Assembly: GCA_964619995.1 (NCBI GenBank)
Contig: CAZUJO010000001.1
Span: 1-46,942, forward strand
DNA from: an uncultured Leptospiraceae bacterium
GTDB lineage: Bacteria > Spirochaetota > Leptospiria > Leptospirales > Leptonemataceae
Direction of reading: 5' to 3'
Length of the DNA stretch: 46,942 nucleotides
This document shows, piece after piece, positions 32,751 to 42,208 of this stretch; the first letter of the stretch is position 1, and the number at the start of each line of letters is the position of its first letter. The notes beneath the pieces were generated by a model that did not search any database, was not told the DNA's origin, and was given only the letters and a program-made list of their open reading frames with translations. The position numbers and the translations under genes are program-made.

Positions 32751-35213
32751 ATGGAAGCGCGCGCCGCCCTGCTTGAATCGTACCGGCCCACGGCGCGCCG
32801 GGATGAGCTCGTCGATGACTCAGGCAAGATTCGGCCTCACTGGGAGTTTCTCGTGCAGTCCCTCGAAGCGCTCGGCCCGAGGGCCCTCGCTGGCCGGCAG
32901 GACGAAATCAGACGATTCATCCGCGAGAACGGCGTTACCTATCATGTTTACGAAGAAGGCGGCGAACGGGCATGGCCCCTCGATGTAATGCCGGTGCTCA
33001 TGGACAGCCGCGAATGGGCTCTTGTCGAACGGGGACTCATTCAAAGGGCAGAGCTTTTTGATTTGATCCTGCAAGACCTCTACGGCCCGGGCAGGCTCCT
33101 TCGCGAAGGAATCGTTCCCCCGGAGATTGTTTTTGGAAGCGGCGGGTTTCTTCGCGCATGTCACGGCCTGATTCCGCCTAACCGCCGTTATTTGCACTTC
33201 TATGCGGCCGACCTTGCGCGCAACGAGGATGGATCGTTCAGCGTCGTCTCGGACAGGCTGCAGTCTCCTTCCGGCGCAGGCTACGCCCTTGAGAATCGGA
33301 TCGTTCTTTCGCGAACGCTTCCGAGCCTCTACCGCGATTCACACGTGCACCGCCTGGCTCTCTTTTTTCGATCCATGCGGAACCATCTGAGCCAGATGTG
33401 CGGCGGCGGGAATCAGCTGGTGCTTCTGACTCCCGGCCCCGAGAACGAAACCTACTTTGAGCAGGCATTTCTTGCCAATTATCTGGGCTTCAACCTGGTC
33501 CAGGGCTCCGATCTCACCGTGCGCGATGGCCGCACCTACCTAAAGACGCTGAACGGTCTCAGACCCGTCGACGGAATCTTTCGGAGAGTGGACGACGTGT
33601 ATGCGGACCCTCTGGAACTGAAGAGCGACTCGCTCCTCGGCGTGGCAGGTCTTATGTATTGCATACGATCCGGGTCCGTGGCGGTCATGAATCCGCCCGG
33701 GGCCGCAGCGCTTGAGAATCCCGGTATCTATCCGTTCCTGCCACGCATCTGCAAGTTTTTGACCGGTCAGGATTTACGCCTTCAGGGAGCGCCGACCTAC
33801 TGGTGCGGTGACTCGCTCGAATCCGTCCTGGCGCGCCTGAGCGAACTGGTAATCAAACCCATCCTGCGGGGGCGGGAGCGCGGAACGATCTACGCCTCCG
33901 ACCTCAGCGCAAAGGAATTGGAAGAACTTAGCAAACGCATTGAGGCCTCTCCCGGAAGTTACATCGCACAGGAACGCATGTCGCTTTCAACAACACCGCT
34001 GTGGACCGGGTCTGCATTTGAAGCGCGGCCCATGGTGATCCGCACGTTCGCCTGCGCGCGCGATGATTCTTTCATGATCATGCCGGGCGGACTTGTGCGC
34101 GTTTCTCCGGACGAATCAACCGCAAATATTTCGAATCAAAAGGGAGGCGTGAGCAAAGACCTGTGGGTGCTTGCGTCCGAGCCCGAAAAACAGATCAGCC
34201 TTCTTTCAGCCGCGGGTTCGACTCCGATTGTGCGTTCCGGCGGCGAGATACCGTCGCGGATTGCCGACAACCTTTTCTGGATTGGACGTTATGCGGAACG
34301 CACGGAGTCGCTTGCGAGAATCCTGCGTGAGATTCATCTCAGACTCGTGGAAATGCAGGGCGACGAGGAAGTGTTCGATCTTCTGCTTTTGTCCCTCGAA
34401 CCGCATACCGGCTTGCTCGATCCCGAGCTTGTGAAAAAAGAATCCGGCTCGCCTGAAGTGGAGAAGAAGCTGCGCTCAATCGTGTTCGATGCAGCAGTCC
34501 TCGGGGGACTGCGATTTGACGTACGGGCTCTCACAACATGCGGCCGCGCCCTGCGCGAACGCCTTTCCGAAGACGCCTGGCGAACATTGAATCGGCTCGA
34601 AAGTGAGCTTGATTCTCCGGAGAAAAGCGTGCTCGAAGCGCTCGAAAATATTCTGCTCTATCTCGCAAGCTTCGCGGGCTTCGTCAGCGAGAGTATGACA
34701 CGCGGACAGGGGTTCCGGTTTCTGGAACTTGGGCGTCGCATCGAGCGCGCAACGCTTGCATCCGATCTGCTTTCGCATACGACCCGTCAGAAGGCGCCGG
34801 CGGCTTTCTGGGAACATGTTCTCCGGATTCAGAATTCTTACATGACCTATCGGCGCAGGTATCGCACGCGGATGGATACGGGAGCCGTGATCGATTTGCT
34901 TGTTTTCGACGAATCGAATCCCCGTTCGCTCGCGCATCAGCTGGGCCGCCTGGAAGATCTTGCGAAAGGTCTTCCGGAGAGAAAAGAGGCGGGAAAGAGC
35001 CCGGAGCATCGCATCGTTTTGCATGCGCTTTCTGTGATGCGTCTGGCCGACGGAGCAAAGCCGGGCGGCGAAGACTACAGCGATCTTCATACTCTTCTGG
35101 CGCGCGAAAAAGGGTATCTGCGAAGCCTTTCTGATACGATAACCATGCACTACTTCAACTATATCGAAACGCAGCAGCGTTTGGAGGCCAGCCAGTGGTC
35201 CGTTACCGGATAA
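32751..35213 (+). CDS. Circularly permuted type-2 ATP-grasp domain fused to an alpha-E domain
   Basis: The N-terminal 480 aa parallel the stand-alone ATP-grasp at 36156..37676. Examples: IRPHWEFL vs LRPAYEGF, YHVYEEGGERAWPLDVMP vs FQVYGDSSRKEQIFPFDVIP, FEQAFLANYLGFNLVQGSDL vs FEHSFLAQQMGAELVEGSDL, and GGVSKDLWVL vs GGGSKDTWVL. The C-terminal part starts IADNLFWIGRYAERTESLARIL, like the alpha-E protein at 37670. Confidence 0.88.
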   Translation: MEARAALLESYRPTARRDELVDDSGKIRPHWEFLVQSLEALGPRALAGRQDEIRRFIRENGVTYHVYEEGGERAWPLDVMPVLMDSREWALVERGLIQRAELFDLILQDLYGPGRLLREGIVPPEIVFGSGGFLRACHGLIPPNRRYLHFYAADLARNEDGSFSVVSDRLQSPSGAGYALENRIVLSRTLPSLYRDSHVHRLALFFRSMRNHLSQMCGGGNQLVLLTPGPENETYFEQAFLANYLGFNLVQGSDLTVRDGRTYLKTLNGLRPVDGIFRRVDDVYADPLELKSDSLLGVAGLMYCIRSGSVAVMNPPGAAALENPGIYPFLPRICKFLTGQDLRLQGAPTYWCGDSLESVLARLSELVIKPILRGRERGTIYASDLSAKELEELSKRIEASPGSYIAQERMSLSTTPLWTGSAFEARPMVIRTFACARDDSFMIMPGGLVRVSPDESTANISNQKGGVSKDLWVLASEPEKQISLLSAAGSTPIVRSGGEIPSRIADNLFWIGRYAERTESLARILREIHLRLVEMQGDEEVFDLLLLSLEPHTGLLDPELVKKESGSPEVEKKLRSIVFDAAVLGGLRFDVRALTTCGRALRERLSEDAWRTLNRLESELDSPEKSVLEALENILLYLASFAGFVSESMTRGQGFRFLELGRRIERATLASDLLSHTTRQKAPAAFWEHVLRIQNSYMTYRRRYRTRMDTGAVIDLLVFDESNPRSLAHQLGRLEDLAKGLPERKEAGKSPEHRIVLHALSVMRLADGAKPGGEDYSDLHTLLAREKGYLRSLSDTITMHYFNYIETQQRLEASQWSVTG

Positions 35214-36079
35214 TTCACAAAACCACCTACCAGTATTCCGAACCGGTGTCGCTCTGCCACAACGAGGCGCAGTTGTGCCCGCGGAATACCGACTTCCAGA
35301 CCGCGCGTGATACCAGGCTCGTCATTTCGCCCCAGCCCGCGGTTCTTTCTGAGCGCCAGGATTATTTCGGCAATCGCCTGTATTACTTTGCGGTACAGTC
35401 GCCGCATAACGTTCTGGAAGTAATTTCGGAGAGCCGGGTTGAACTGACGCCGCGCTCCGGAGCCGCAGGAAAGAGTCCGGTCTTTCCCGCGTCGCCGGCC
35501 TGGGAAGAAGTGCGGGACCGGGCGCGGAAACACTGGGATCTCTATCAGTTTCTCGAAGATTCGGCGCACGTGGTGAAGAGCAAGGATGCGCAGGCTTTCG
35601 CCTCGGCTTCCTTCACGCCCGGCCGCCCGATTCTCGAAGCGGCATGGGATTTGAATGTTCGCATTCATTCCGAGTTCAAATACGAGCCCGGCTCGACGAA
35701 TATTTCCACAACGATCCAGGAGGCTCTTCGCATTCGAAAGGGAGTCTGCCAGGATTTCGCGCACGTGGCGATTGGAGGCATGCGGTCCCTCGGGCTTCCC
35801 GCGCGCTACGTGAGCGGCTATATCGAATCGGCTCCAAAGGGCGGCCGGCGCCTCCAGGGGGCGGATGCTTCGCATGCATGGTTCAGCGTTTTTGTTCCGG
35901 ATCTCGGCTGGTTCGATTTTGATCCGACGAATCGCAGCATGCCCGAGGATCAACACATAACGGTCTCTTTTGGGCGCGACTACGGCGACATTGCTCCCCT
36001 GAAAGGGATTGTCTACGGCGGCGGGAAGAGCGTCTGCAAGGTTGCGGTGGATGTACTGCGTGAGGAAGATGCGGCATAA
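35195..36079 (+). CDS. Transglutaminase-like cysteine protease family protein (Bact_transglu_N plus core)
   Basis: The GTG start lies 19 nt inside the preceding gene. The N-terminus is VRYRIIHKTTYQYSEPV. Core residues: KGVCQDFAHV (Cys codon 35747..35749), ASHAWFSVFVPDLGWFDFDPTN. Confidence 0.88.
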   Translation: MVRYRIIHKTTYQYSEPVSLCHNEAQLCPRNTDFQTARDTRLVISPQPAVLSERQDYFGNRLYYFAVQSPHNVLEVISESRVELTPRSGAAGKSPVFPASPAWEEVRDRARKHWDLYQFLEDSAHVVKSKDAQAFASASFTPGRPILEAAWDLNVRIHSEFKYEPGSTNISTTIQEALRIRKGVCQDFAHVAIGGMRSLGLPARYVSGYIESAPKGGRRLQGADASHAWFSVFVPDLGWFDFDPTNRSMPEDQHITVSFGRDYGDIAPLKGIVYGGGKSVCKVAVDVLREEDAA

Positions 36080-36081
36080 CT

Positions 36082-36098
36082 AAGCAGTTTGCTTTTTA
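36082..36098 (+). terminator. Weak hairpin plus T-run between the two ATP-grasp modules
   Basis: The sequence is aagca-gtt-tgctt followed by tttatt. The stem is only 5 bp. Confidence 0.25.
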
Positions 36099-36155
36099 TT
36101 CTAACGATCTCCGGAGTCGATGTTTCCGAACAGGTGACCCGGAGGCTCGGCATGC

Positions 36156-37676
36156 TTGAAAACCAGGCCGATTGCATGGTACGGACCTTGCTTTCCCATC
36201 TTCATGAACTCACTGGCACTGGCAACCGAACATGAAGGAATCGATCTCGGTCGATATGAACTGAACGGCTTCTACGACGAGATGTTCGCGTCGGATGGGT
36301 CGCTTCGCCCTGCCTACGAAGGGTTCAGCGCAGTTCTCGCCGGCTGGAGCCGCGAAGAGCTTCTTCGCCGCAAACGAATGGCCGAAAAATCACTGCTGAA
36401 CCGGGGCATCACCTTCCAGGTTTACGGAGACTCTTCGCGCAAAGAGCAGATCTTTCCCTTCGATGTCATCCCTCGCGTGATTGAATCGCGCGAATGGAAA
36501 CAAATGGAGAAGGGACTGAAGCAGCGGACATTCGCGCTGAATGAATTCATCAACGATGTGTACCACGATAAGAAAATCGTAAAGGATGGAGTGATTCCTC
36601 CGTGGCTGCTGCAGTCTGCGAAAAGCTATCTGCCTGCGTGCGAAGGACTCAAACCGCCGCGCGGAATCTGGTGTCATATCAACGGTGTGGACCTGGTCCG
36701 CGGCGGGGACGGGCGGTACTATGTGCTCGAAGACAACCTTCGATGTCCGTCCGGTGTTTCGTATGTGCTTGTCAACCGGGAGAATATGAAGCGCACCTTC
36801 CCGGAGATTTTTCTCAAGCAGGGTGTGCTTCCCGTTTATGATTATCCGTACCGCCTTGCGAAAATGCTGGCCTACATCAGCGGCCGCGAGGCGCCTGTTC
36901 TCGGAGTTCTCACGCCGGGTCAGTTCAACTCGGCGTACTTCGAGCACAGTTTCCTTGCCCAGCAGATGGGCGCTGAACTTGTAGAAGGATCGGACCTCGT
37001 CGTTTACAATCACGAGGTGTACATGAAGACAACGCGCGGCTTGAAACGAGTGGATGCCGTCTATCGTCGTATTGACGATACGTTCCTCGATCCGCTTGCA
37101 TTCCGCCCGGATTCGATGCTCGGTGTGCCCGGTATTTACGAGGCCTATCGCCGCGGCAATTTTGCGATGGCCAATGCGCCCGGCACCGGCGTAGCCGATG
37201 ATAAGGCAGTGTATGCTTATGTTCCGCGGATGATCAAATACTACACAGGCGAAGATCCGATCCTTCCGAACGTTCCGACGTTCGTTTGCGCGGAGGAAAA
37301 GGATAGAAAGTATGTACTACAGAATATGGAGAACCTGGTCGTAAAGGCTGCGAACGAAGCGGGTGGATACGGCATGCTCATTGGCCCGCGCGCGAGCAAA
37401 GCAGAGGTTGATGAGTTCCGGTCCCGTGTATCGGAGAATCCACGGAACTACATTGCGCAGCCGGTGCTCGATCTTTCGCGCGTGCCCGTGATTACTGATC
37501 AGGGAATTGAAGGAAGACATGTGGACCTCCGGCCGTTCATTATCTACGGCGAGGACATTTATGTTCTTCCCGGCGGTCTCACGCGCGTGGCGCTCAAAAA
37601 GGGATCCCTCGTCGTGAACTCGTCGCAGGGTGGAGGGAGCAAGGACACCTGGGTTCTGCCTGAAAGGCCATGCTGA
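36156..37676 (+). CDS. Circularly permuted type-2 ATP-grasp protein (stand-alone)
   Basis: It is a paralogue of the N-terminal part of 32751..35213 (see that entry). TTG 36156 lies 10 nt after GGAGG (36141..36145). ATG 36204 is an alternative start. Confidence 0.88.
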   Translation: MKTRPIAWYGPCFPIFMNSLALATEHEGIDLGRYELNGFYDEMFASDGSLRPAYEGFSAVLAGWSREELLRRKRMAEKSLLNRGITFQVYGDSSRKEQIFPFDVIPRVIESREWKQMEKGLKQRTFALNEFINDVYHDKKIVKDGVIPPWLLQSAKSYLPACEGLKPPRGIWCHINGVDLVRGGDGRYYVLEDNLRCPSGVSYVLVNRENMKRTFPEIFLKQGVLPVYDYPYRLAKMLAYISGREAPVLGVLTPGQFNSAYFEHSFLAQQMGAELVEGSDLVVYNHEVYMKTTRGLKRVDAVYRRIDDTFLDPLAFRPDSMLGVPGIYEAYRRGNFAMANAPGTGVADDKAVYAYVPRMIKYYTGEDPILPNVPTFVCAEEKDRKYVLQNMENLVVKAANEAGGYGMLIGPRASKAEVDEFRSRVSENPRNYIAQPVLDLSRVPVITDQGIEGRHVDLRPFIIYGEDIYVLPGGLTRVALKKGSLVVNSSQGGGSKDTWVLPERPC

Positions 37677-38665
37677 GCAGATCCGCGGATTCGGTCTACT
37701 GGCTGAACCGCTACATTGAGCGCGCCGAAAACTATGCGCGCTTTCTCGATGTGAACATGCAGCTGGCCCTCGATCTATCCGAGGGCGCGCAATGGATGCC
37801 GCTCGTCGAAACAACCGGAGACCGCGAGCAGTTCACGGCGGAATACGGCGAGGCAAACCCGGAGAACGTCATTCGCTTTCTTGTAGCGGATGAAAAGAAT
37901 CCGAACTCGATCCTGTCGTGCATTCGTGCGGCGCGCGAGAATGCGCGTTCGGTGCGCGAGATGATTTCAACTGAGATGTGGATGCACATCAATCGTTTTT
38001 ATCTGACTCTCGAGGAAAGTCTGACTCCGAGAGCGAAAATTCCTAACTATTCCGAATTCCTGGCGTGGGTGAAAGATTCCTGCGCACTGCACGCGGGTCT
38101 GATGGACGGTTCTCTTTCGCACACAGAAGCGTGGCATTTCGGCACAATCGGCCGGTGCGTGGAACGCGCCGACAAAACATCGCGCCTGCTCGATATCAAA
38201 TACTTCTACCTGTTGCCCGCTCCGGATCAGGTCGGGTCCGACGTAGACTTGCTGCAGTGGCAGGCCGTGCTGCGAAGCGCGAGCGCACTCGAAATGTTCC
38301 GCCGTTCGCGGCCTCGCATCACGCCGTCGAGCGTTGCAGAGTTCTTGATCCTGGATCCAGATTTTCCCCGTTCGATCCGATTCTGCGTAAGCGAAGCGGA
38401 GCGGTCCTTGCGCGAGCTTACGGCTGCGGGAACGGGCGCGTTTCGCAATCAGGCGGAAAAGAAGATCGGGGCATTTCGCGCGCAGCTGGAATTTACGGAC
38501 ATTGACGACATCTTCTCGCATGGCCTGCATGAGTATCTCGACCTGATTGAACTGAAGCTGAATGAAATCGGACGCGCAATCCAGACTGTGTTTCTGGTTC
38601 CTCCCGATGCAGCGCAGATGCGCCTGGTGGACGCGGCGCTGCCGCATATGCAGCAGCAACAATAA
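37670..38665 (+). CDS. Alpha-E domain protein (stand-alone)
   Basis: The N-terminus MLSRSADSVYWLNRYIERAENYARFLDVN is the family signature. There is an ATGCTGA overlap with the ATP-grasp stop. Confidence 0.88.
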   Translation: MLSRSADSVYWLNRYIERAENYARFLDVNMQLALDLSEGAQWMPLVETTGDREQFTAEYGEANPENVIRFLVADEKNPNSILSCIRAARENARSVREMISTEMWMHINRFYLTLEESLTPRAKIPNYSEFLAWVKDSCALHAGLMDGSLSHTEAWHFGTIGRCVERADKTSRLLDIKYFYLLPAPDQVGSDVDLLQWQAVLRSASALEMFRRSRPRITPSSVAEFLILDPDFPRSIRFCVSEAERSLRELTAAGTGAFRNQAEKKIGAFRAQLEFTDIDDIFSHGLHEYLDLIELKLNEIGRAIQTVFLVPPDAAQMRLVDAALPHMQQQQ

Positions 38666-38676
38666 GTCCTTTGATC

Positions 38677-38693
38677 GCAAACGGCCGTTTTGC
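38677..38693. terminator. Imperfect palindrome in the only convergent gap of useful size (possible bidirectional terminator)
   Basis: The sequence gcaaacggccgttttgc has a stem gcaaac/gttt(t)gc around ggcc. There is no clean U-tract on either side. Confidence 0.25.
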
Positions 38694-38707
38694 TTCTGCG
38701 GTTCGGC

Positions 38708-40075
38708 TTATTCTACCCGAACGCAGACGATGGCGACATCGTCGCGCAGGCTTTCGGTCGAGAATGCCTCAAGAGAAACGGCCAGTCCGGCAAGGAGCTC
38801 CGCAGGCTCCAGCGCGGTTCGTCCCTTCAGGAATTCGCCAAACGCCTTTTCGCCGTACTGTTCGCCTGCGTCGTTGAGCGGTTCGGTGAGTCCGTCCGTA
38901 TAGAGAAGCAGCTGATCTCCTCTCTCAATTTTCACGACCGTCGTTTGATAGGCCATGTCCTGTTCAATGCCAAGAAATAGAGACGGGTGGGTCTCGATTT
39001 CCTCGATCGTTCCATTCGCGCGGACCAGGATTCCTGGCTGGTGTCCGGCACAAACGATCGAGATTTCCATTTTTTGACGGTCGATGATCGCATAGATTGC
39101 AGTCATATAACAGGATTTGTCATTTTCCAGAGAGCGGCACAGAAAGCCGTTTAACGCAGCGGTGACAATTCCTGGATCGTCGCTGATCTTGTAGAGATTT
39201 GCAAATCCAACGCGCGCCATCATGGCCACCATGGCTGCACGAACTCCGTGTCCGGACACGTCGCCCACGAAAACACCGATGCGGTCCGGTGCGATTTCCA
39301 CCATGTCGATGATGTCGCCGCCGACGGTATCGAGCGCGATGTAGTGCATGGCGCTCTTGAATCCGTTCGCGTTGAATCGACCGATGTCCGGGAGCTGATT
39401 GAGCTGAAAGCTCCGCGCGAAATTCAAGTCCTTCGCGAGGTTCTTGTCTTTGATCTTCAGTTCCTGCGTCACCCGGTCGAGTTCGCGCTTCTGTTTGCGA
39501 GTGCTGATGAGCGTGCGCGTCAGTCGGTCAGATGCGCCCTCAATGAAGGACGAGATTTTCGCAAGCCAGTAGACGATTGCTGAATAGACGACCGGGCTGA
39601 GCACGGCTGATTCAAGATTCTGTGCGAAGTAGTCCGGCTTCATCCACGCGACAAACGCGTGATATGTGACGGCATAGGTTGCCGCTGTGATGATCCACAG
39701 CGTCGGCCGCATCTGGCCGATCATCGGAAGGCCAATGCCGATGATAAACATTCCAAACAAAAGAAAGAACTGCGGCAGAAAAGCAGCGGTATACCCGACA
39801 AACACGGAAATCGGAACGCAAAAAGCCAGAGTCGTGCGCGCCCACCGGGCCGGAGTCCAGCTGCCCGATACCAGCTTCCAGGAGGCGATGAGAGTGTAGA
39901 GGAAAGAATAGGCTACATACACTGTGAGGAGTTCCCAGCGAAGTTGTCCGCCCGCGATCCGGTTCAAAGCCAGATACACGACTGCATACAGCGCGGTTCC
40001 CGCCAGGTAGTCTCGTGCTGTGCGGAATCCCAGGATCCGGCGAATTCTCTCCTTAATGCGCACGGGTAAGCTCAC
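38708..40075 (-). CDS. Polytopic membrane PP2C-type (SpoIIE/RsbU-like) serine phosphatase
   Basis: GTG start. The N-terminus has about 6 hydrophobic helices. The PPM domain contains VGGDIIDM, FVGDVSGHGVRAAMVAMM, LLLYTDGLTE and DDVAIVCVRV. Confidence 0.88.
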   Translation of the reverse strand: MSLPVRIKERIRRILGFRTARDYLAGTALYAVVYLALNRIAGGQLRWELLTVYVAYSFLYTLIASWKLVSGSWTPARWARTTLAFCVPISVFVGYTAAFLPQFFLLFGMFIIGIGLPMIGQMRPTLWIITAATYAVTYHAFVAWMKPDYFAQNLESAVLSPVVYSAIVYWLAKISSFIEGASDRLTRTLISTRKQKRELDRVTQELKIKDKNLAKDLNFARSFQLNQLPDIGRFNANGFKSAMHYIALDTVGGDIIDMVEIAPDRIGVFVGDVSGHGVRAAMVAMMARVGFANLYKISDDPGIVTAALNGFLCRSLENDKSCYMTAIYAIIDRQKMEISIVCAGHQPGILVRANGTIEEIETHPSLFLGIEQDMAYQTTVVKIERGDQLLLYTDGLTEPLNDAGEQYGEKAFGEFLKGRTALEPAELLAGLAVSLEAFSTESLRDDVAIVCVRVE

Positions 40076-40108
40076 GACCCTGGCGCTTCTGTGTCAACCT
40101 GTTGGCCT

Positions 40109-40531
40109 TCAGAACGACGCGTTCGCGCCGGCGACTGCCGTTTGAAGATCGTTTGCGGACAGGGAGCCCGATACACCGATCGCGCCGATGATTGTGCCGC
40201 CGCGCACGATCAATTCGCCGCCTTCAATCGGCAGGATTCCTGGAATGGCCAGCAGTCGGAGACCCGGTCCGGCCGCGGTTACGGATTCATCCATCACGCG
40301 CGTCGACCGTTTGAAGTTGTTTGCGGCCTTTGCTTTTGCAATCGCCACGTCCGTTGAGCCAATCTGTGTTCCATCCATCCGCGCAAACGCAACCAGGTTC
40401 CCGCCGCAGTCGACGACTGCGATGGCCATACTCCATCCGTTCTTGCGCGCCTCTTCGGCCGCCGCTGCGACGGCCGTCTGTGCCTGTGCAAGGGTGATCG
40501 GTGTTCCATAAGGAAGAGGGGAATTCGACAT
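40109..40531 (-). CDS. GlcG/HbpS-like (DUF336) haem-binding/degradation family protein
   Basis: 140 aa. Motifs: AIAVVDCGGNLVAFARMDG, A.AKA..A and GGTIIGAIGVSG. Confidence 0.85.
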   Translation of the reverse strand: MSNSPLPYGTPITLAQAQTAVAAAAEEARKNGWSMAIAVVDCGGNLVAFARMDGTQIGSTDVAIAKAKAANNFKRSTRVMDESVTAAGPGLRLLAIPGILPIEGGELIVRGGTIIGAIGVSGSLSANDLQTAVAGANASF

Positions 40532-40586
40532 GATTTACCTGTAGCGAATCCACGCCGGGAACTCAAGCAGAAAGCGTTAGGCGAAA

Positions 40587-41387
40587 TCAGAACCGCATGC
40601 CCGCGCGCACCATGACGCCGGCGCCGAAGTCTCGCTCCCGGGAGAGCGAGTACGGCACAGAGAGACTCAGGATAACTTGATCAATTTTGACGTTGATTCC
40701 GGGCGCAATGGTATGGGTGCTCTTGCGTTTTGGATTCGGGTCGTATGTGTATTTATACTGGTACTCAAGGAGAAGATCAACGGCCTCAAAATTCCAGCCC
40801 AGATTGACATTGTAAAGCCAGGTGCGCGCGAAATCGTCGCCCTGGTCCGGATCCTCTTTGAAATCCCGGTTCGTCTGCGTGTTGTATCTCACGAGGCCGA
40901 GGATGGAGAAAGCGCCGTCGTAATATCCGAGCCCCGCGTAAGGTTCCATATTGAAGATCCGTTTGCTGCCGATCCCTTCCTGTTCTCGTCCGGTCGGCAG
41001 AGTCATATCAAGGCCGCCTACCGGTATGAACGAGCTGCCGGGTATAGCTGCATGCGCCCCGAGCCCCATGTTGTCGAATCGTGTAGCCGTCTGCGTTTTT
41101 GTCTCGGTTCTCCGCGTCCATGGAAGCGTCGCGGCAAGGGAAAAGTATTCATTGAATGCCCATTCGCCGTACGCGCTCAGGGTCTGTCTGCGCATGTAGT
41201 ATGCGTGCTGGTTCAGATCAAATGAATCATACTCCGCGCCAAAGCGAATCGCCGGCAACACGCGTTTGCTGTAGATGCCGTCCGGAACTGCATAGTAGCC
41301 TTCTTCGGCGCGGAGCCCAGGGGAGAATGCGCTGAACAGAAGGGCGGAAATGAAGACGGCGATGATGCTTCGGAGAGATCGATTCAT
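40587..41387 (-). CDS. Putative outer-membrane beta-barrel protein
   Basis: It has a signal peptide (AVFISALLFSAFSPGLRAEE), alternating amphipathic strands rich in Y/G/N, and a C-terminal ...RAGMRF ending in Phe. There is an ATGA overlap with the upstream gene. Confidence 0.65.
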   Translation of the reverse strand: MNRSLRSIIAVFISALLFSAFSPGLRAEEGYYAVPDGIYSKRVLPAIRFGAEYDSFDLNQHAYYMRRQTLSAYGEWAFNEYFSLAATLPWTRRTETKTQTATRFDNMGLGAHAAIPGSSFIPVGGLDMTLPTGREQEGIGSKRIFNMEPYAGLGYYDGAFSILGLVRYNTQTNRDFKEDPDQGDDFARTWLYNVNLGWNFEAVDLLLEYQYKYTYDPNPKRKSTHTIAPGINVKIDQVILSLSVPYSLSRERDFGAGVMVRAGMRF

Positions 41388-42208
41388 TTTTCAGGTGTGA
41401 TCTGGGCGAGATTTGCTGCGTAGCGCGCCGCGAGAAGATAGAAACCAGCGTCGTTTGGATGAATGCAGTCGAATTTCAGGCCGGTCAGGCTCTGGGCCGG
41501 ACCGCCCAGCGTGCCGCGAAGATCAATCACTCGCACGTTAGGCGCCTTTGTTGGAAGCGTATTCAGGTAGGCCTGGTAGCGGTCGATGATCTTTTGCGTT
41601 TGAACGGCTGCCTGAGACTGCGGCATTCCGGCGTTCAAAGACCCGCGCACACAGGCAGGATCAAGATCCGGGTTTGCGTAGTCGTAACCGGAAAAAATCC
41701 ACGTAAGCGGATCTCCGCCCCAGAGAGTCATTTTCAGGGCGTCTCCCTGCGCTATGATGGAGCGATGAACGATGTCGAGCCTTGCGAGGCGAGTGTCGAG
41801 TTCCGCATCGGTGCCGTTGAGGAAGTAGTTCTTGTTGTTTGCAAGCAGGTCATCGCCGCCGAGACTTACGAGCATGTATTTCAAGCCGGGGCCGGACTGC
41901 CGGATTACGAGATCGAAACCCCGGACGTAGTTCAGTTCCGCTTCTGCTGTCAGGCCGCCGATGGTAGACGACTGGATTTTGTATCCATACTGCTGCGTAA
42001 GCCAGTCGCGGAGATCAATTTGAATGGGAAGTCCCGCCGCAAAGTCAGTCCAGCTGTCGCCGATCATGCCGAAATGCGCATCGGTCATGGGACATGCGGC
42101 CACCAGGGTGCAGAGCGCATTCTGGATCAATGTATGAGTCAGCGGCTCCTTCTTGTGTTCACAGGAAAGAAGGGCGCCCAACGTTAAGACGGCGAGGAAG
42201 ATACGCAC
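41384..42208 (-). CDS. SGNH/GDSL-family hydrolase lipoprotein
   Basis: Lipobox: LGALLSC. Block I: FGMIGDSWTD. Block II: SLGGDDL. Block V: DCIHPNDAGF. The GTG start shares one base with the upstream TAG. Confidence 0.8.
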   Translation of the reverse strand: MRIFLAVLTLGALLSCEHKKEPLTHTLIQNALCTLVAACPMTDAHFGMIGDSWTDFAAGLPIQIDLRDWLTQQYGYKIQSSTIGGLTAEAELNYVRGFDLVIRQSGPGLKYMLVSLGGDDLLANNKNYFLNGTDAELDTRLARLDIVHRSIIAQGDALKMTLWGGDPLTWIFSGYDYANPDLDPACVRGSLNAGMPQSQAAVQTQKIIDRYQAYLNTLPTKAPNVRVIDLRGTLGGPAQSLTGLKFDCIHPNDAGFYLLAARYAANLAQITPEK

